A stretch of DNA of 63,697 bases, filler included, from Octopus bimaculoides (Eukaryota), in NCBI RefSeq assembly GCF_001194135.2. It is 5 parts of 5 records of this genome, joined end to end, with 100 filler letters (N's around TTAATTAATTAA, not from the genome) between each part and the next. Parts side by side here need not be neighbours in the genome. Positions count along the whole stretch, not along the records: positions 19,588 to 41,120 come from NC_068983.1; 4 more parts are not named here. One strand, 5' to 3'. Within the stretch, counting starts at the first letter, position 1; each line of letters opens with the position of its first letter. Below the pieces are notes generated by a model. It had not been told where the DNA came from and made no database searches. It saw only the letters and a list, made by a program, of their open reading frames with translations. Below, piece by piece: positions 25,501 to 38,519 of this stretch. The translations under genes and the position numbers were made by a program.

Positions 25501-26212
25501 TAGTTGCCAATGTATAGTGACAAAAGTGACATTGATACAGCACAGCAAGAGAACAAAGTATTTGGGACGTTTAAGATTATAAAAGATTCAGCTGTGCGGT
25601 GTATTTCCTCAGGATTTAAAACAAATGTAAAGTAGTATTGTAAAGACATCTACTTTAACATTAGACAAGCTATATACATCTTCGGCGATTTAACATAACC
25701 CTGGAGGCACAGAGAAATGTTGCAGTCTCAATACGTTTCCTAAACCAACTGACAGTGTAAAATAGAGTATACATTGTCAGGAACAGTACTGTTCATACAC
25801 AATATATAGAATACATACATACATACATACATACATACATGCATGCATGCATACATACATACATACATACACACATACATACATACATACATACATATGT
25901 GAAGATGGAATCGTTGGGCTTCCACCAATTTCCTCTTCTGAATTTTAGTATCCGAGAGATGAGCTAAACTAAAGTTATAGTACTAAAATACATTTTCACC
26001 AGGTGTAATACAATGGAATGAAACTTGTGAACATACAGTTGTTAATCGAAATTCGCAATCGAACGATCATGCATCCATATGCATGCATTTTTTGTGTGTG
26101 TATGCGTCAGCGTGTGTGTGTTTATATANNNNNNNNNNNNNNNNNNNNNNNNNNNNNNNNNNNNNNNNNNNNNNNNNNNNNNNNNNNNNNNNNNNNNNNN
26201 NNNNNNNNNNNN

Positions 26213-26251
<39 letters not shown>

Positions 26252-26569
26252 TTATTATATATATATGTGTGTGTGTATGTATGTATTTATGTAGGTATGT
26301 ATGTGTGTTTGAGTGTATGTTCGTGACTGTGCATGGATCTGATTTAAACACACACACATATGTGTGAGTGTGTGTGTGTGTGTGCGCGCGCGCATGTATA
26401 TATATGAATTATAAATTTCTTTGAGAAAGCACTTCGTCAGTGAAACAGGAAGGTGTAGGTCAGCATTTTCCTACTGAAAATTAGATGGATATTCTGTTTC
26501 TTGTCTATTTATAACTTTAGAAAGAAAAACACCTAAAACCTGTAAAACCTATAACAATGTGCAAATTAG

Positions 26570-26633
<64 letters not shown>

Positions 26634-28156
26634 GCATATTTATACAGTGTGCCAGGGAGATACATTATGCAGTTCTGATTTTACAGGTTGATACTGCCAA
26701 CACTGTAGATAAGAAAAAAAAAAAGAAGAAATCAACTCACTGATTGTCCGATTTATGCATGGTCCAACCCCAAGATAACTGTGCGATACCTAAAGCTTGG
26801 AGTTAAAAATTAAAAATAAATATATACAGCAATGAAATAAATAATTTGTAATTCTTTTTACTTGTTTACATTTTAAAAATATGAGTTCTTTTAACATTAT
26901 TGAACCCTAATATTATTTATTGCGCCCTTTTAATTTTAAAAATCCGTTCAATTTAACTGAGTTCCTGTGACTCTAACAATTCCCTATTTCATTCTGGGGC
27001 CTCTTCAAACTGTTTGGGGGCCCCGAATTTTACAGGGGTCCCACTTTATTATGTTTTAATTAACTATTTTTGAAGTTTTGCATTTCGAAAATTACTTTGA
27101 GCATATGCCTTCTTCTGATATACTAAAAGAGTAAACAGCGATGCATTATCTAAATGAATGAACAACAACATGTCAAAAACTATCAAAGTGCTGGAAGCTA
27201 TTAACGTAATGCAATATGCAATATTCTTGTTTTGGAAAATACAAAACTGATATGAAATTATAAATCTTCTTTGTATTTAGATTATTTACGATGTTACGTT
27301 TGTTTTTACAATGGACATACATACTGTTTATAGTCTTTGTGATTTTGCCAGCAGGAACCAAATGTGTTTGTTAGTTCTATCATGCACAGTGGTATCATTA
27401 ACATTAGACATCCAAACCGTTGAAAATGACAAAATTGTAGGGCGCCTAAAACCAAATGGCCAACGGCTTCACCAGAATAACATCCAGCATTACTGAGACT
27501 CATTCTTTCTTACTAGTACTTGTATCCTCTGACTCTCGTAACTGATCAAATCTCGTACCATCTCCACTCAGTTATTCTCGACACATACACATTTTCTCTC
27601 GTATTGTTAACTATACTGTGACCAAGCACTGACATCTCTCATTAGCTACAACAACCGTTTTTCTTTCCCAAAACCCCATCCCTGTATAATTCTCTTCTTA
27701 TCCATGTTTTTTTTTTTGTTGCCGTGTACTAGTAGCTGTTCAAGACGAACATTAACCACATTGTTCATGCATATTTCGGAGGGCCTGTTGATCCTAAAGT
27801 TACAGGTTTTACCTTTATACTACCCAATAGAAGTAAAAATTATACCGCAAGAGATTCGTACTTTCTGAGACGTGTAACTGATATCTTTGAAAATATGTTT
27901 TGAAGATAGTATAAACTTGGTGCTACTCTGGCTGAATTAGAATGATTTTGATACCATATTTCGTATTTATTGACGAATAATAGCAAATTGTTACATAAGT
28001 TGATAATTTCGGGAAATTGAATTTGTGAAGGGGTGTGTAAGGGATATGTTGTTCATAATTGAAGTTACATGAAATAATCAGATGCATCAAAAGAAAGATT
28101 TGTGATAATTAAACAGGACCTGCGATCTAAACAAATCATACATAACTAATTAAAAA

Positions 28157-28318
28157 TATTCTTTTCTACTCTAGGCACAAGGCCCAAAATGCTTTTGGGG
28201 GAGATTAGATCGACCCCAGTATGCAACTGGCACTTAATTTATCGATCCCGAGAGGATGAAAGGCAAAGTCGACCTCGACGGAATTTGTACTCAGAACGTA
28301 AAGTCAGGCGAAATATAA
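28157..28318 (-). mobile_element. SINE family B, 5'-truncated
   Basis: Reverse-complement homology. Confidence 0.82.
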
Positions 28319-29074
28319 GTAATTAGAAATACTAAAATGTTCTTTCCATTGAATTTTTCTTTTAGCATTACGCTATGCGATAGATTTCACTGGTTAAATG
28401 TTACCATGAATAATCTAGAGAACAAAATACTACATTCATATTTCTTTTGTCTTGAATACAAAGAAAACATGTGTCTGTATTCCTAATTTAGAAATTTCAG
28501 AGGAACTCTACTTTTCTCGTTGTATATATATATATATATNNNNNNNNNNNNNNNNNNNNNNNNNNNNNNNNNNNNNNNNNNNNNNNNNNNNNNNNNNNNN
28601 NNNNNNNNNNNNNNNNNNNNNNNNNNNNNNNNNNTATATATTTACATGGGAAAATTTCCTGTTTTACAGAAAAAGGGTTCAATCTGATATTCCAACTTAA
28701 GATTTTTCTAAAAAAGAATTGTTGTTTTACTGAAAAAGTTTTAATAAAAGCCTTCAAACATCAGAAACTAGAAAAAAAAAAAAAATTAATTGGCATTTTG
28801 TTTCTACTTTTTGAAATGCTCCTCTCATTAGCAAATACATCTTATTTTTAAAGGACGAGGGGTATATCACAACTTCAATGTATTTTTTTTTTAACAAATG
28901 AAGATTAACAGTTTCCTTTCTGTTAGAAGCACATGTAGAGGCATTTGACTAGAAGTAGAAGCGTGCTTGACCAATACATTCGTTTAACTTGCGTATGACA
29001 TACATGTGTTACAAAAATATATACGTTACTTTGTACATAAAACATATCTAATTATTTAACCCCAATCCACTCGC

Positions 29075-29240
29075 GAGCTAGCAGACCTACGATCAAAGAT
29101 GTTTCAGCTTGACCAGCCATTCTATGTTTCTGATACAGTACGTCTAGAAATACATCATCAAATGCGTCTTTTCTAAGAGACAGTAGGAAGTGATTTGAGG
29201 GTAATCTGGCTGCTTTTCTAACAGGACGAATGGCCACGTT
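29075..29240. repeat. Dispersed repeat family E copy
   Basis: gcagacctacgatcaaagatgtttcagc...gtctagaaatacatcatc is homologous to 62946-63233. Reverse copies at about 13935-13985, 30770-30900 and 54595-54640. Confidence 0.65.
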
Positions 29241-29567
29241 GTCGTACATAATAACATCTGTACATCTCTTTGTTCACGCTGTTTAGGTTACCCTTGAGCG
29301 CAGTGAAGAGAAAGGAGTGCTAATCTAATGAGTTAATGAGAATTCGAATTAATTAAATTTGACCACCGGAAAGAAGAGACAAGAAAAGACATGACAGAGT
29401 GGGTGGTTTTACTTCTCTAGTGTTGTGAGGTAGAGAGGAATAGGCAGAGTGGACAGGAAAGAAAGGGTAGTAAGGCATGTTCGGGGGACAGAGGAGGAAG
29501 TGTAAGAGAGAAAGAGAGGAAGTTACTGCAGTAGGAGGATGAAGAATGTAAGAGGAAAACGCAAACG

Positions 29568-29625
<58 letters not shown>

Positions 29626-30184
29626 TGTATAGAGAGTAGAGGATTCATAGACAGGCGGATTGATACAGAATTGAGAGGAAGGGAAGGAGAATAACTTGAA
29701 AAGAGGAAGGGCGGGAGAGAGAAAAGCAGAAGAGACAGAGAAAGAAAGAGAGAGTAAGTAAGAGAGAGAGAGAGAGAGAGATAGATAGAAAGATAGATAT
29801 ATAAATAGGGGAAGACTGATACAAAGGGGAGGAGAATAAGTAGGAGAGAGGATAAACAAACATAGAAAGAAGAAGAGTGGGATAAGTAAGAGGAAATAGA
29901 GAGCTGAGCGAAATGAGAATATGAAGATGTTTTTGAGTAAATAATGTCAAAAAGATTTCCCTATTATTATAATTACTAATTATTATGCTATAAAACGTAT
30001 ATGAAAATAAAGGTTATAATACAATGAATATTTTAACATAAAGTATATGTAATTTTGACCAAGTTTAAGAAAGTTAATGGAAATTTAAAGAATCGAAAAA
30101 AATCGATATTTCTAAATATTTCTAATACGGGGCGCGGTTACGGAATCATAGTCAAGGCTCGTTTGAGCTCGACCCAACATTTTG

Positions 30185-30265
<81 letters not shown>

Positions 30266-30459
30266 CATATTCTTTTATTCTTTTACTTGTAAGTTATTGC
30301 TGAGGAGTGGTAAAAGCAACTATTATTCTGTTGATTCGTCTAATTATTATTCCAAGTTGCCCCAAAGTCCCTGTTGTCCAACAGCCAGCCATAATTTTAC
30401 AATGATACAAAACACACTTGGTTAAATGTCGTATTTTTTGCTTATGTTTCTGTAGCCCA

Positions 30460-30740
30460 GAAAAATGGGGTACCGTGGCCCAGTGGTTGAGGTGTTGCAA
30501 GGTGTTTTGTGGTCTTGAACAAAACTTTTCATCTCACGTTGCTGTGCAATCACTTCGGCATGTGACGTGTGGTACACCATGCACCTGTCCAGGCAATGTC
30601 GATTTGATGGAGGCAATGTACAAACATTTCATCATTAGGAAGTGCAAAGTGTTCAGCAAGAAATTGCAGAACCATCTTTCTCGGTTTCGGGAGACTATCA
30701 TCCTAGTCAACAGGTGGATAATACTACCACCTGTTTTGTG
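30460..30740 (+). mobile_element. Possible Tc1 transposase 5' relic
   Basis: LMEAM...LSRFRET resembles the Tc1 paired-like HTH region (LEAGMS...RFRETG). Weak. Confidence 0.3.
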
Positions 30741-31593
30741 GACCTAAGGAGCCTCACTATGTCATTTGATCAGATAGATATAGTAGCCAAATGTCACTCA
30801 ACTTTTTAAAGTGGGAACTACATTGATAATGTAGTCCTAGATATACAATTACAATACTCGCGAGAAGGAAGACATGGTCATCACTAAAATATCTTTGCTA
30901 ATAAATAAATTTATAGGACTCTCCTTGAGTTAAAGAGCCACCACAGCGTATACTTTATTGTTTGACTCGATTACATTACACAATTGTTTTAACACTTACC
31001 GATTCTTATTGTCTATATTTATAATTAGCAAACATTTAAGTCAGTCTTCTGGTTTGTCGTAGGACAGATAAAAGTTATTATAACTAAAATACTTTAAAAT
31101 AGGGCAATGGAAGTAACAGAAATTCGTTAACGTGAATGTAAATCTTCTAAATAAAGGTAAATATAACAGTTTCTATTAAAAATAACCTATTGGGGTAGGA
31201 TTTAATCTGTACAGTTTTTTTTCAAGCACGCTCTGTTAGTCAACCAAACAATTACAACCATTGAAAGGAAATAGAACATTGTTGTCACAACGAAAAGAAG
31301 CTCAAAAGAAGAGACGTCATAACGGCAAGATGGCCACTAAATACATTTAACAAGTAACATAAAAGCACATCTGATGAAACGCTTTTAGGTGACAGTTACA
31401 TAAATATTTTAACAATGTATTAGGTTGTGATATACAATTATTTTCAATGGAGTGTTATAGCATGGAGTGTTATAGTCAACCATACCATCATTTTTTTTAT
31501 CTGAAGATTAGTCTATTTATTTAATAAGCGGTTTATAATGAAGATACTAAGGAAAACCAAAACCAAACAGAAGTTTAGATTCGCTTACACACA

Positions 31594-31678
<85 letters not shown>

Positions 31679-33059
31679 TTTCACACAGTTATGCAAGGGG
31701 CATAACTGTGTGCGTCCTGAATTTGTAGTTAGAAATTCATTTCAGAGAAGAGATAAAAGTAAAACATTTCGTTTAGAAATAATTTGTAATAAGAAAGAGA
31801 CGTAGCGTAATTTTAACAATGCTAACTTTTGGTTTCTCAGCGATTTATTGAATGACCAATCAAATTATTAACATCTCGTTGGGAAGCACACATGCGAGGG
31901 TAATTAAATAATTATCCGATATACTTAACCGATTCATTTGTCTGAAAGAATGTAAATTTATAATAATCTAATAATTCGTCGGTAGATTTTTTTATTATTG
32001 CTTTAAGAAAAAAGATTCTATCAAGCTGTTAGCAGGAAAGGTGTCACTTGATAATAAGATTTCAGAAGTAGTTAATGCATAAAGTCTGATATTTCAATGT
32101 GGCAGTGAAACACCGTTATTTTATGTTATATCGGTTTACTGTAGACATCAAAACACTCTCCAACCAACATGTACGTCTTCCTCAGACCATTGTATAATAA
32201 TACAACAAAAAACAGATATATATGCAATTTCTACACCTTGTTTAATTGTGAGAGAAATACCGCTAACTTCGAAAGTTATCGATGAAAAATGTTGACAAGT
32301 TTCTTCGTTAAAATAAAGTTTATTGTGATCAGTTTCTCGATACAGTCAGAGGCAAATCTATTTTATCTTCTGACGGGTTTCATCACAGAGCTACACATAT
32401 AATTAAAAGTAGATACGAAATTATAGGAAATAACTTAAACGGGAACAATAGAACAGAAATTTAAATAACTTAAGGAATGGTACACGGAATGGCATAGCCA
32501 AAACGTTAACAATAAATTAACAGTAGCTGGTAAATTGGAGAAAGGCAACTAAACATAGTAGTAATTGTTGACTACATTTAAAGAAAGGGGAGATAATTTT
32601 AAAGCATTAAGATAAAATTCCCTAATTTAATTTATATGAATAGCAGAATATCTGATCTTCATTAGTAAGCAAAACGGTAATTGTGAAGCTATTTCAATCT
32701 TCTCTGACCTTTTAAGCAAAATATCGTCAAAAGTTAAATCAGATTTTACTTGATATTTCAACAAATGCCTTTGCACATACAGAATTTTCAGTAATATGTT
32801 CATTATAATTTTTCATGTAAAAAAAAAATTGCTGATATCTATGTGTTCTGATACAAATCTCAATAACAGAAGAAAAGGAAAAGCGATAAGTTTCGAGTTT
32901 AAGGATGTTAAAATGAAAATAAGTTTTATGGAATGAAAAAAAATACACTGTGCATGTAATAATTGATGCATTGCTTATTGTAAAGAATAATTACAAAAGC
33001 TTAAACAACTATGCAACTGCTTACAAATGCTAACACCGAAAAGGTCCGTCTCATATATA

Positions 33060-34363
33060 TCAGGTCATCCCAAAAGTTATGTCCGAATTTGGAATAAAGA
33101 AAACAAGTGATCAAATGTTATATTTAATTGAAATTTAATTATTAATGTACTTTCTCTGATTATCTATGACTTCCTTCCATCTATTTACAAGCTTTTTAAT
33201 CCCATCAATGTAAAACTCTTTTGGTTTCAAAGCGAACAACTCTGAAATGTCAGTTTCGACCTCCTCTTGGCTTGCAAAAATTATGTCCCCCAAATGATTC
33301 CATAAAGTACGAAGCAAATGACAGTCTGAAGGAGCAAGGTCGGGAGAATAAGGTGGATGAAGAATTTTTCCCAACCAAGCTCTTCGATCTTCTGTGATGT
33401 GATCTTTGCAGTGTGGGGTCGCGTATTGTCCTGATAAAACATCACTCCTTTCGATTCACTAAAGCTAGTATTTTCTTTCTTCAAAGCTTGGTTCAAACGC
33501 TCTAATTGCTGACAGTAGACTTGAGCATTGATTGTTGCATTAGGTGATAACAATTCAAAGTGAATTACTCCTTTGCAATCCCACCAGATAGAGAGAGAAA
33601 CTTTTTTCCATGAAGTTCCCTTCTCGGTTGTGGTTGAGCTTTTTCCCTTTTACCAAGCCACTGTTTACGACGATTAACATTTCGATAGAAGATCCATTTT
33701 TCGTCATCAGTCTCAAGTCTATCCAAAAAGGGTGAAATGAGTTCGCGAGAATGGAGAGAAGAGCAGATGTCAATTCGGGATTTGTGGTTGCTTTTGGACA
33801 ATTCATGAGGCACCCATTTTCCAAGTTTAGGAACGCTTCCATGTTGTTGAAGATGACGATGAACAGTTGTATGGTTTGAACTAAGCTTTATTGCCAATTC
33901 TCCAACTGATAATGCAGGACTTTCTTCAAGTAATGCCTCAAGGAGTTTATCATCAAACTCAACTCGACGTCCTGTTCGATCTTCATCTTCAAGGCTGAAA
34001 TCTCCACTTCTGAATTTTGCAAACCATCTTCTGCAAGTTCTTTCATTCAAGCATTCTTTCCCATAAACTGAGTGTATGTTTCGAGTCGCTTCGGCCGAAG
34101 AGTTTCTTTTTTTGTACTCATAAGGCATTATGTGCCATAAATGCTCTTTGGATACTTCCATGTTAGAAAGGGTTTTAATGAAAGAAATTTTAATTCTATT
34201 ATTCTGTAAAATAATATTTAATTAGTTTAAATATTTAATTAGTTTAAATCTACACAAATGCATAAAAATAATGTTTAATTCCATTAGACATTCTAAAATA
34301 CTATTAAGTTTCATTTAATTTTAAAAAAAGGCAAAATCGGACAGAAATTATGGGATGACCTGA
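33060..34363 (-). mobile_element. Full-length mariner (Tc1/mariner) DNA transposon, about 1.3 kb, non-autonomous (frameshifted)
   Basis: 27-bp TIRs: tcaggtcatcccaaaagttatgtccga (33060-33086) versus the reverse complement of 34337-34363 (24/27 identical). TA dinucleotides flank both ends (33058-59, 34364-65). Encloses a transposase pseudogene. Confidence 0.95.
33135..34161 (-). pseudogene. Mariner transposase pseudogene split over 3 frames
   Basis: HTH region WFAKFRSGDFSLED, WVPHEL motif, DEKW, QDNTRPH and YSPDLAPSD motifs. ORF pieces 33565-34161, 33281-33553 and 33135-33374 are joined by frameshifts. The N-terminus (KEHLWHI...WFAKFRSGDFSL) resembles mellifera-subfamily mariners (inference). 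Confidence 0.93.
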
Positions 34364-35242
34364 TAATTACATATTCCACAGAAATCACTTCAAATTTGAT
34401 GGTATATTTCACATAGTAAACTCTCTGTAGAAGTCACAGAAAACTTGTTCTACAACTGTTATAGGCAAACTGTGGCCCACAGGCCACATGAAATAAATTC
34501 GTTTCCTGAATGGCACGCCTAATTTCATGAGGAAACTAATGTTAATTAACTTTTTGTTTCTTCTCGTTTGCTAGAAAGCGGCTGTGAAAGAGGTATAATT
34601 ATTAAATGATCGACTTACCTTATTTATTATAGTCTTTTGCGTAGTGGGTACACCATTCAGAAAAATAAAACATTTCGCCATCGTCAGTTATCCGTATGAT
34701 TTTCATTGTGCCTCAGGGTCAATTTGTAACCATCTAAAGACTTAGGCGCCTTAAATTCCCATCTCTACTGAGGACACTACATCAACGAATGAAAACTATT
34801 GATTTAATGTTCAATTTCTGTTTCCACCACTTAAAACGGCTTGTTGCGATAGTTTAACAGCCATAACTACATGTGCATATCGCATATCAAAGCCAAGCAG
34901 AATTACAAAATTTTATTCTAGAAGTGTAAAACTACATAGCTGCGCTGCGCAATACGCTCATGCAGTTACTGTCACTGAATTATCGTAACAAATTCATATA
35001 AACCATTGAAATGGAAATTGCACAGTAAATTAATAAATACTTTTTTAAAACATTAATTTTTGATATAACAGTTCATGACTTTGTCCAAAAGAAAGGAAGA
35101 TTTCTAATGAAATGAGAAAATTCCAGGAAAATGGACAAACGACTTCAATGTGCTTAACTTGCTATAAATCAATATTCACTTTTAAAGAATATAATGTTAA
35201 GCAGCATTACGGTTCAAAACCTTCAGGGCACGATAAATTTAA

Positions 35243-35419
35243 GGAGTGGGTGTGTGGTAAGTAGCTTACTAACCAACCACATGGTTCCGGGTTCAGTCCC
35301 ACTGCGTGGCACCATGGGCAAGTGTCTTCTACTATAGCCTCGGGCCGACCAAAGCCTTGTGAGTGGATTTGGTGGACGGAAACTGAAAGAAGCCCGTCGT
35401 ATATATGTATCTATCTATC

Positions 35420-35466
<47 letters not shown>

Positions 35467-35687
35467 ATGTGTGTTTGTGTGTCGGTGCTTGTCCCCCACC
35501 ATCGCTTGACAACCGATGCTGGTATGTTTACGTCCCCGTAACTTAGCGGTTCGGCAAAAAGAGACCGATAGAATAAGTACTAGGCTTACAAAGAATAAGT
35601 CCTGGGGTCGATTTTATCGACTAAAGGCGGTGCTCCAGCATGGCCGCAGTCAAATGACTGAAACAAGTAAAAGAGTAAAAGAGTAAG
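35243..35687 (+). mobile_element. tRNA-derived SINE family A, full-length copy with internal (TA)n(TG)n
   Basis: Head gtggtaagtagc...ggttccgggttcagtccc (A/B-box-like), central ccttgggcaagtgtcttctactatagcc-type block, tail gactgaaacaagtaaaagagtaaaagag. At least 13 homologous copies in the window. Confidence 0.9.
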
Positions 35688-36547
35688 ATATTAAAAAGCG
35701 AAACAGATGAAACGCTTAAGAAACAATTAGGTAACCTAAATATGTACTTTTTAAAAGGTAGAGTGAACTCGAAGAAATTGTACATGCAAACTATGTTTGC
35801 GACAAAGTTCTAAACGTATTCAAAGAATTCTGCCGAAGGTGAGTTTGTAAAAGAAATTTCATGGAATGGCTGACCTTTTATGACTGGAAAATGTAAACAT
35901 GTTTGAGAAGATTATCTTCTTTTGCAGGAAAATATCAAAGCGGTTGAAGAAATTGCAGCAGATACTGAGAGCTACACTGTTAGAAAGAAGAATGAGACTG
36001 GAATTCTCTTTTCCTGGATATCAACAAGAGCATAGATATCTAATTCGTCTCAATATTTCATATGTGGTATAGATAAATAATTTGATATCACTGAAGAATT
36101 ACTCACTGTTTTGATAATGAAAGACACTGTTAGAAGACACACCATTTACGAAGATATGAAGAAAACAATGACGAAGCCGAATGTCCCCTTTGAAATGCTC
36201 GACAATGTATAGCAAAAGATATAGGCCCAGCAATTATTGGGCAAAAATAAAGGAACTTTTTGAACTTAGCAAGCAATAACTTTGCAATAAATGAGTGCTT
36301 AATTCACCAAGAAAAACTATTTGAAAATTCTATAAGGTTTTGAAATGTTATGCTCGTAGTTGTTTCAACTAGAAACTTTAGAAAATCCTGAGTATTAACC
36401 ATCACCAACTTAAAGGGTCCTCCAAAAAACTTGAATCAAAATGTGGTGATCTGGTTTATTACTGTTCTGTTCACTGGCCAAATAATAGGAAATTGCTTCA
36501 ACAGCAGTAAGACCTTAGAAACGTTCTATGAGTTTCAAAATGAATTG

Positions 36548-37111
36548 GAGACCAGATTTAAGGACTTCAGATCTAGAGAGGAGTAAGAGCAAGATTGAAA
36601 GCATTCAACTCGGTGAACTATGTGCCGAAGGTGTAGCTAGACAAGACAACTCGCACCAATCTCTTCAGCAGCAAAGTCTTGCCTGTAATACTATACGCAT
36701 GTGAGACTTGGGCCTTGATGAATAGAGAGCAACAACATCTGCTTCGGCTCAGAGAACTATAGAAAGGTCGATGTTAGGAATCTCATTAAGAAATCAAACC
36801 TGGAACGAGATCAGGAAACAGAACGGGAGTGAAGGACGTCGTCGCAGAATACCACCACGCAAAGCTACGATGGGCTGGTCATGTCGCAAGGTTCCCAGAC
36901 AATCGGTGGAACCGTACATTTGCAGGGTGGTATCCGCGCAAGTGGAACAGACCAGTCGGAAAACCTCCAATTAGGTAGGAAGATGATTTAATAAAAACGC
37001 TTGGAACAACGTGGAAGAGAATGGCGGGAGGACGAGGGGAATAGACCGAATGCTGTGTCTAGCGGAGCTGACGCGGCCCAAATAGCCTGGCCCATCCAAG
37101 TGATCCAAATG
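36548..37111 (+). mobile_element. RTE-clade LINE 3' fragment
   Basis: Translates (with frameshifts) to LFSSKVLPVILYACETW...IERSMLGISLR...KLRWAGHVARFPDNRW...WYPRKWNRPVGKPPIR, the typical RTE C-terminus. Ends in ccaagtgatccaaatga. Confidence 0.85.
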
Positions 37112-37747
37112 AAATCTAGAGAAACTGATTTAACAATTTTGGAAATAAATATGATATCAATGTTGAAAAATAGCTCGAAAGGGACAGCAAGCAGATATAA
37201 TTTAGTTTCAGAGAGGAATTTCGTCAGAAAAAATTTTAAAAAGCATGTTGACTACAATCTTCAAGTATTCTTTTTCAAGAAAACTCCTAAATATTGTGCT
37301 TCGCTACAGGGCATGCTGTCATGTTTGGAAGTACGTAGTCTAATACAAAGCCAAGATAGACAGAAATTCATTTCGAAGACAATTTTTGAATTGCAGGATG
37401 GCAAATATCTGTAAATATTGGAAAAGTTGTGAAAAAGTATGACAACGCCAAGTTTCTTGCTAAATAACAAATGAATAAGAAATACGAAGTTTCTTATCTG
37501 TATTCTTTATTGGCAGTGTTTTAATCATTGTACATGGTTCAGCCGAACTACTTTTCTCGTCTTTGTTGCCAATGTTTTCACAGACTTCCTTCGTTATGTT
37601 CCACCTATCTTCTCAGGTCACATATTTTCTTTTTTGTTTGGAGTTGCTCCACTTTACTCAAGTTATCATTTTTCTTTTCGTACCATAGACTAAAACAGTT
37701 CAATTAATATAAATATATGTGTGTGTGTGTATTTATGTATGTATGTA

Positions 37748-37790
<43 letters not shown>

Positions 37791-37841
37791 NNNNNNNNNN
37801 NNNNNNNNNNNNNNNNNNNNNNNNNNNNNNNNNNNNNNNNN

Positions 37842-37935
37842 TATATCAAGAGTCTATATACGGTGATCCCACACAACGAAGGGCTTCTTGCCTTGAAACA
37901 CTTCCTAGACTTTCGACTCACCCCTCCCCTCAATC
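37842..37935 (+). mobile_element. Penelope-like element (PLE) reverse transcriptase fragment
   Basis: IKSLYTVIPHNEGLLALKHFLD matches the PLE RT motif DxxSLYTxIPxxEGxxALxxFL. Short; its 5' side runs into a gap. Confidence 0.62.
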
Positions 37936-38519
37936 TGACATCTTAAATCATTAGCGATTTTTACCAAGAAAGAGCATGCGTAAAAACGTTTATGAAGGGT
38001 CACTCGTCCCGAGCTGGAGAGTGCTAATTACATTTTTGACCTTGCCTTCTTACTAGATATTTAAAGGATTCAAACAATTTTTATTTAAATGACCCAAATT
38101 TAAAATTACAAAAGCAACAGCATTTGTAGATTTATGAGATTTACTCTCATCTGGAAAGTTTTGAAACAAAACTTTACATTTGGGAAACATTTATTGTATA
38201 AAAAATTGCCAAATATATAAACTGCCAAATACATAAAAAAAAAATCTTACAGCTTTTTATGCATATTTTTATTTCTAACTTTAACTTTCAATTTAATTGT
38301 GACCAACGATATTATTTGATTGTCAGATTGTTAAATATACACCAGTGATTTTAAAAGAATTTCGATAGATGGATATGAAGATATTTAATTTTTTCTTCAA
38401 TACACTTAATATGTAAATATTCTTACATAATACACTGATTTTTCAAGTTTTCATTAAAAAAAAAAAATTCTGCAATGTATCATCGTAGCAGTGATGTTAA
38501 TCACAGTACCGTTAGTAGT

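Larger units (their letters stand above)
34453..37415 (+). mobile_element. hAT (Charlie/SPIN/GTF2IRD2-like) transposon fossil, interrupted by a SINE and an RTE LINE
   Basis: Left-end-like ggcaaactgtggcccacaggccac (about 34464). Decayed transposase motifs: PKERKISNEMRKFQE and CLTCYKSI..KEYNVKQHY (35085-35240); AVEEIAADTE, ICGIDK-FDITEELL and CLIHQEK (35690-36540); MFGST-like C-terminal dimerisation region (37115-37415). No right TIR found. Confidence 0.72.
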
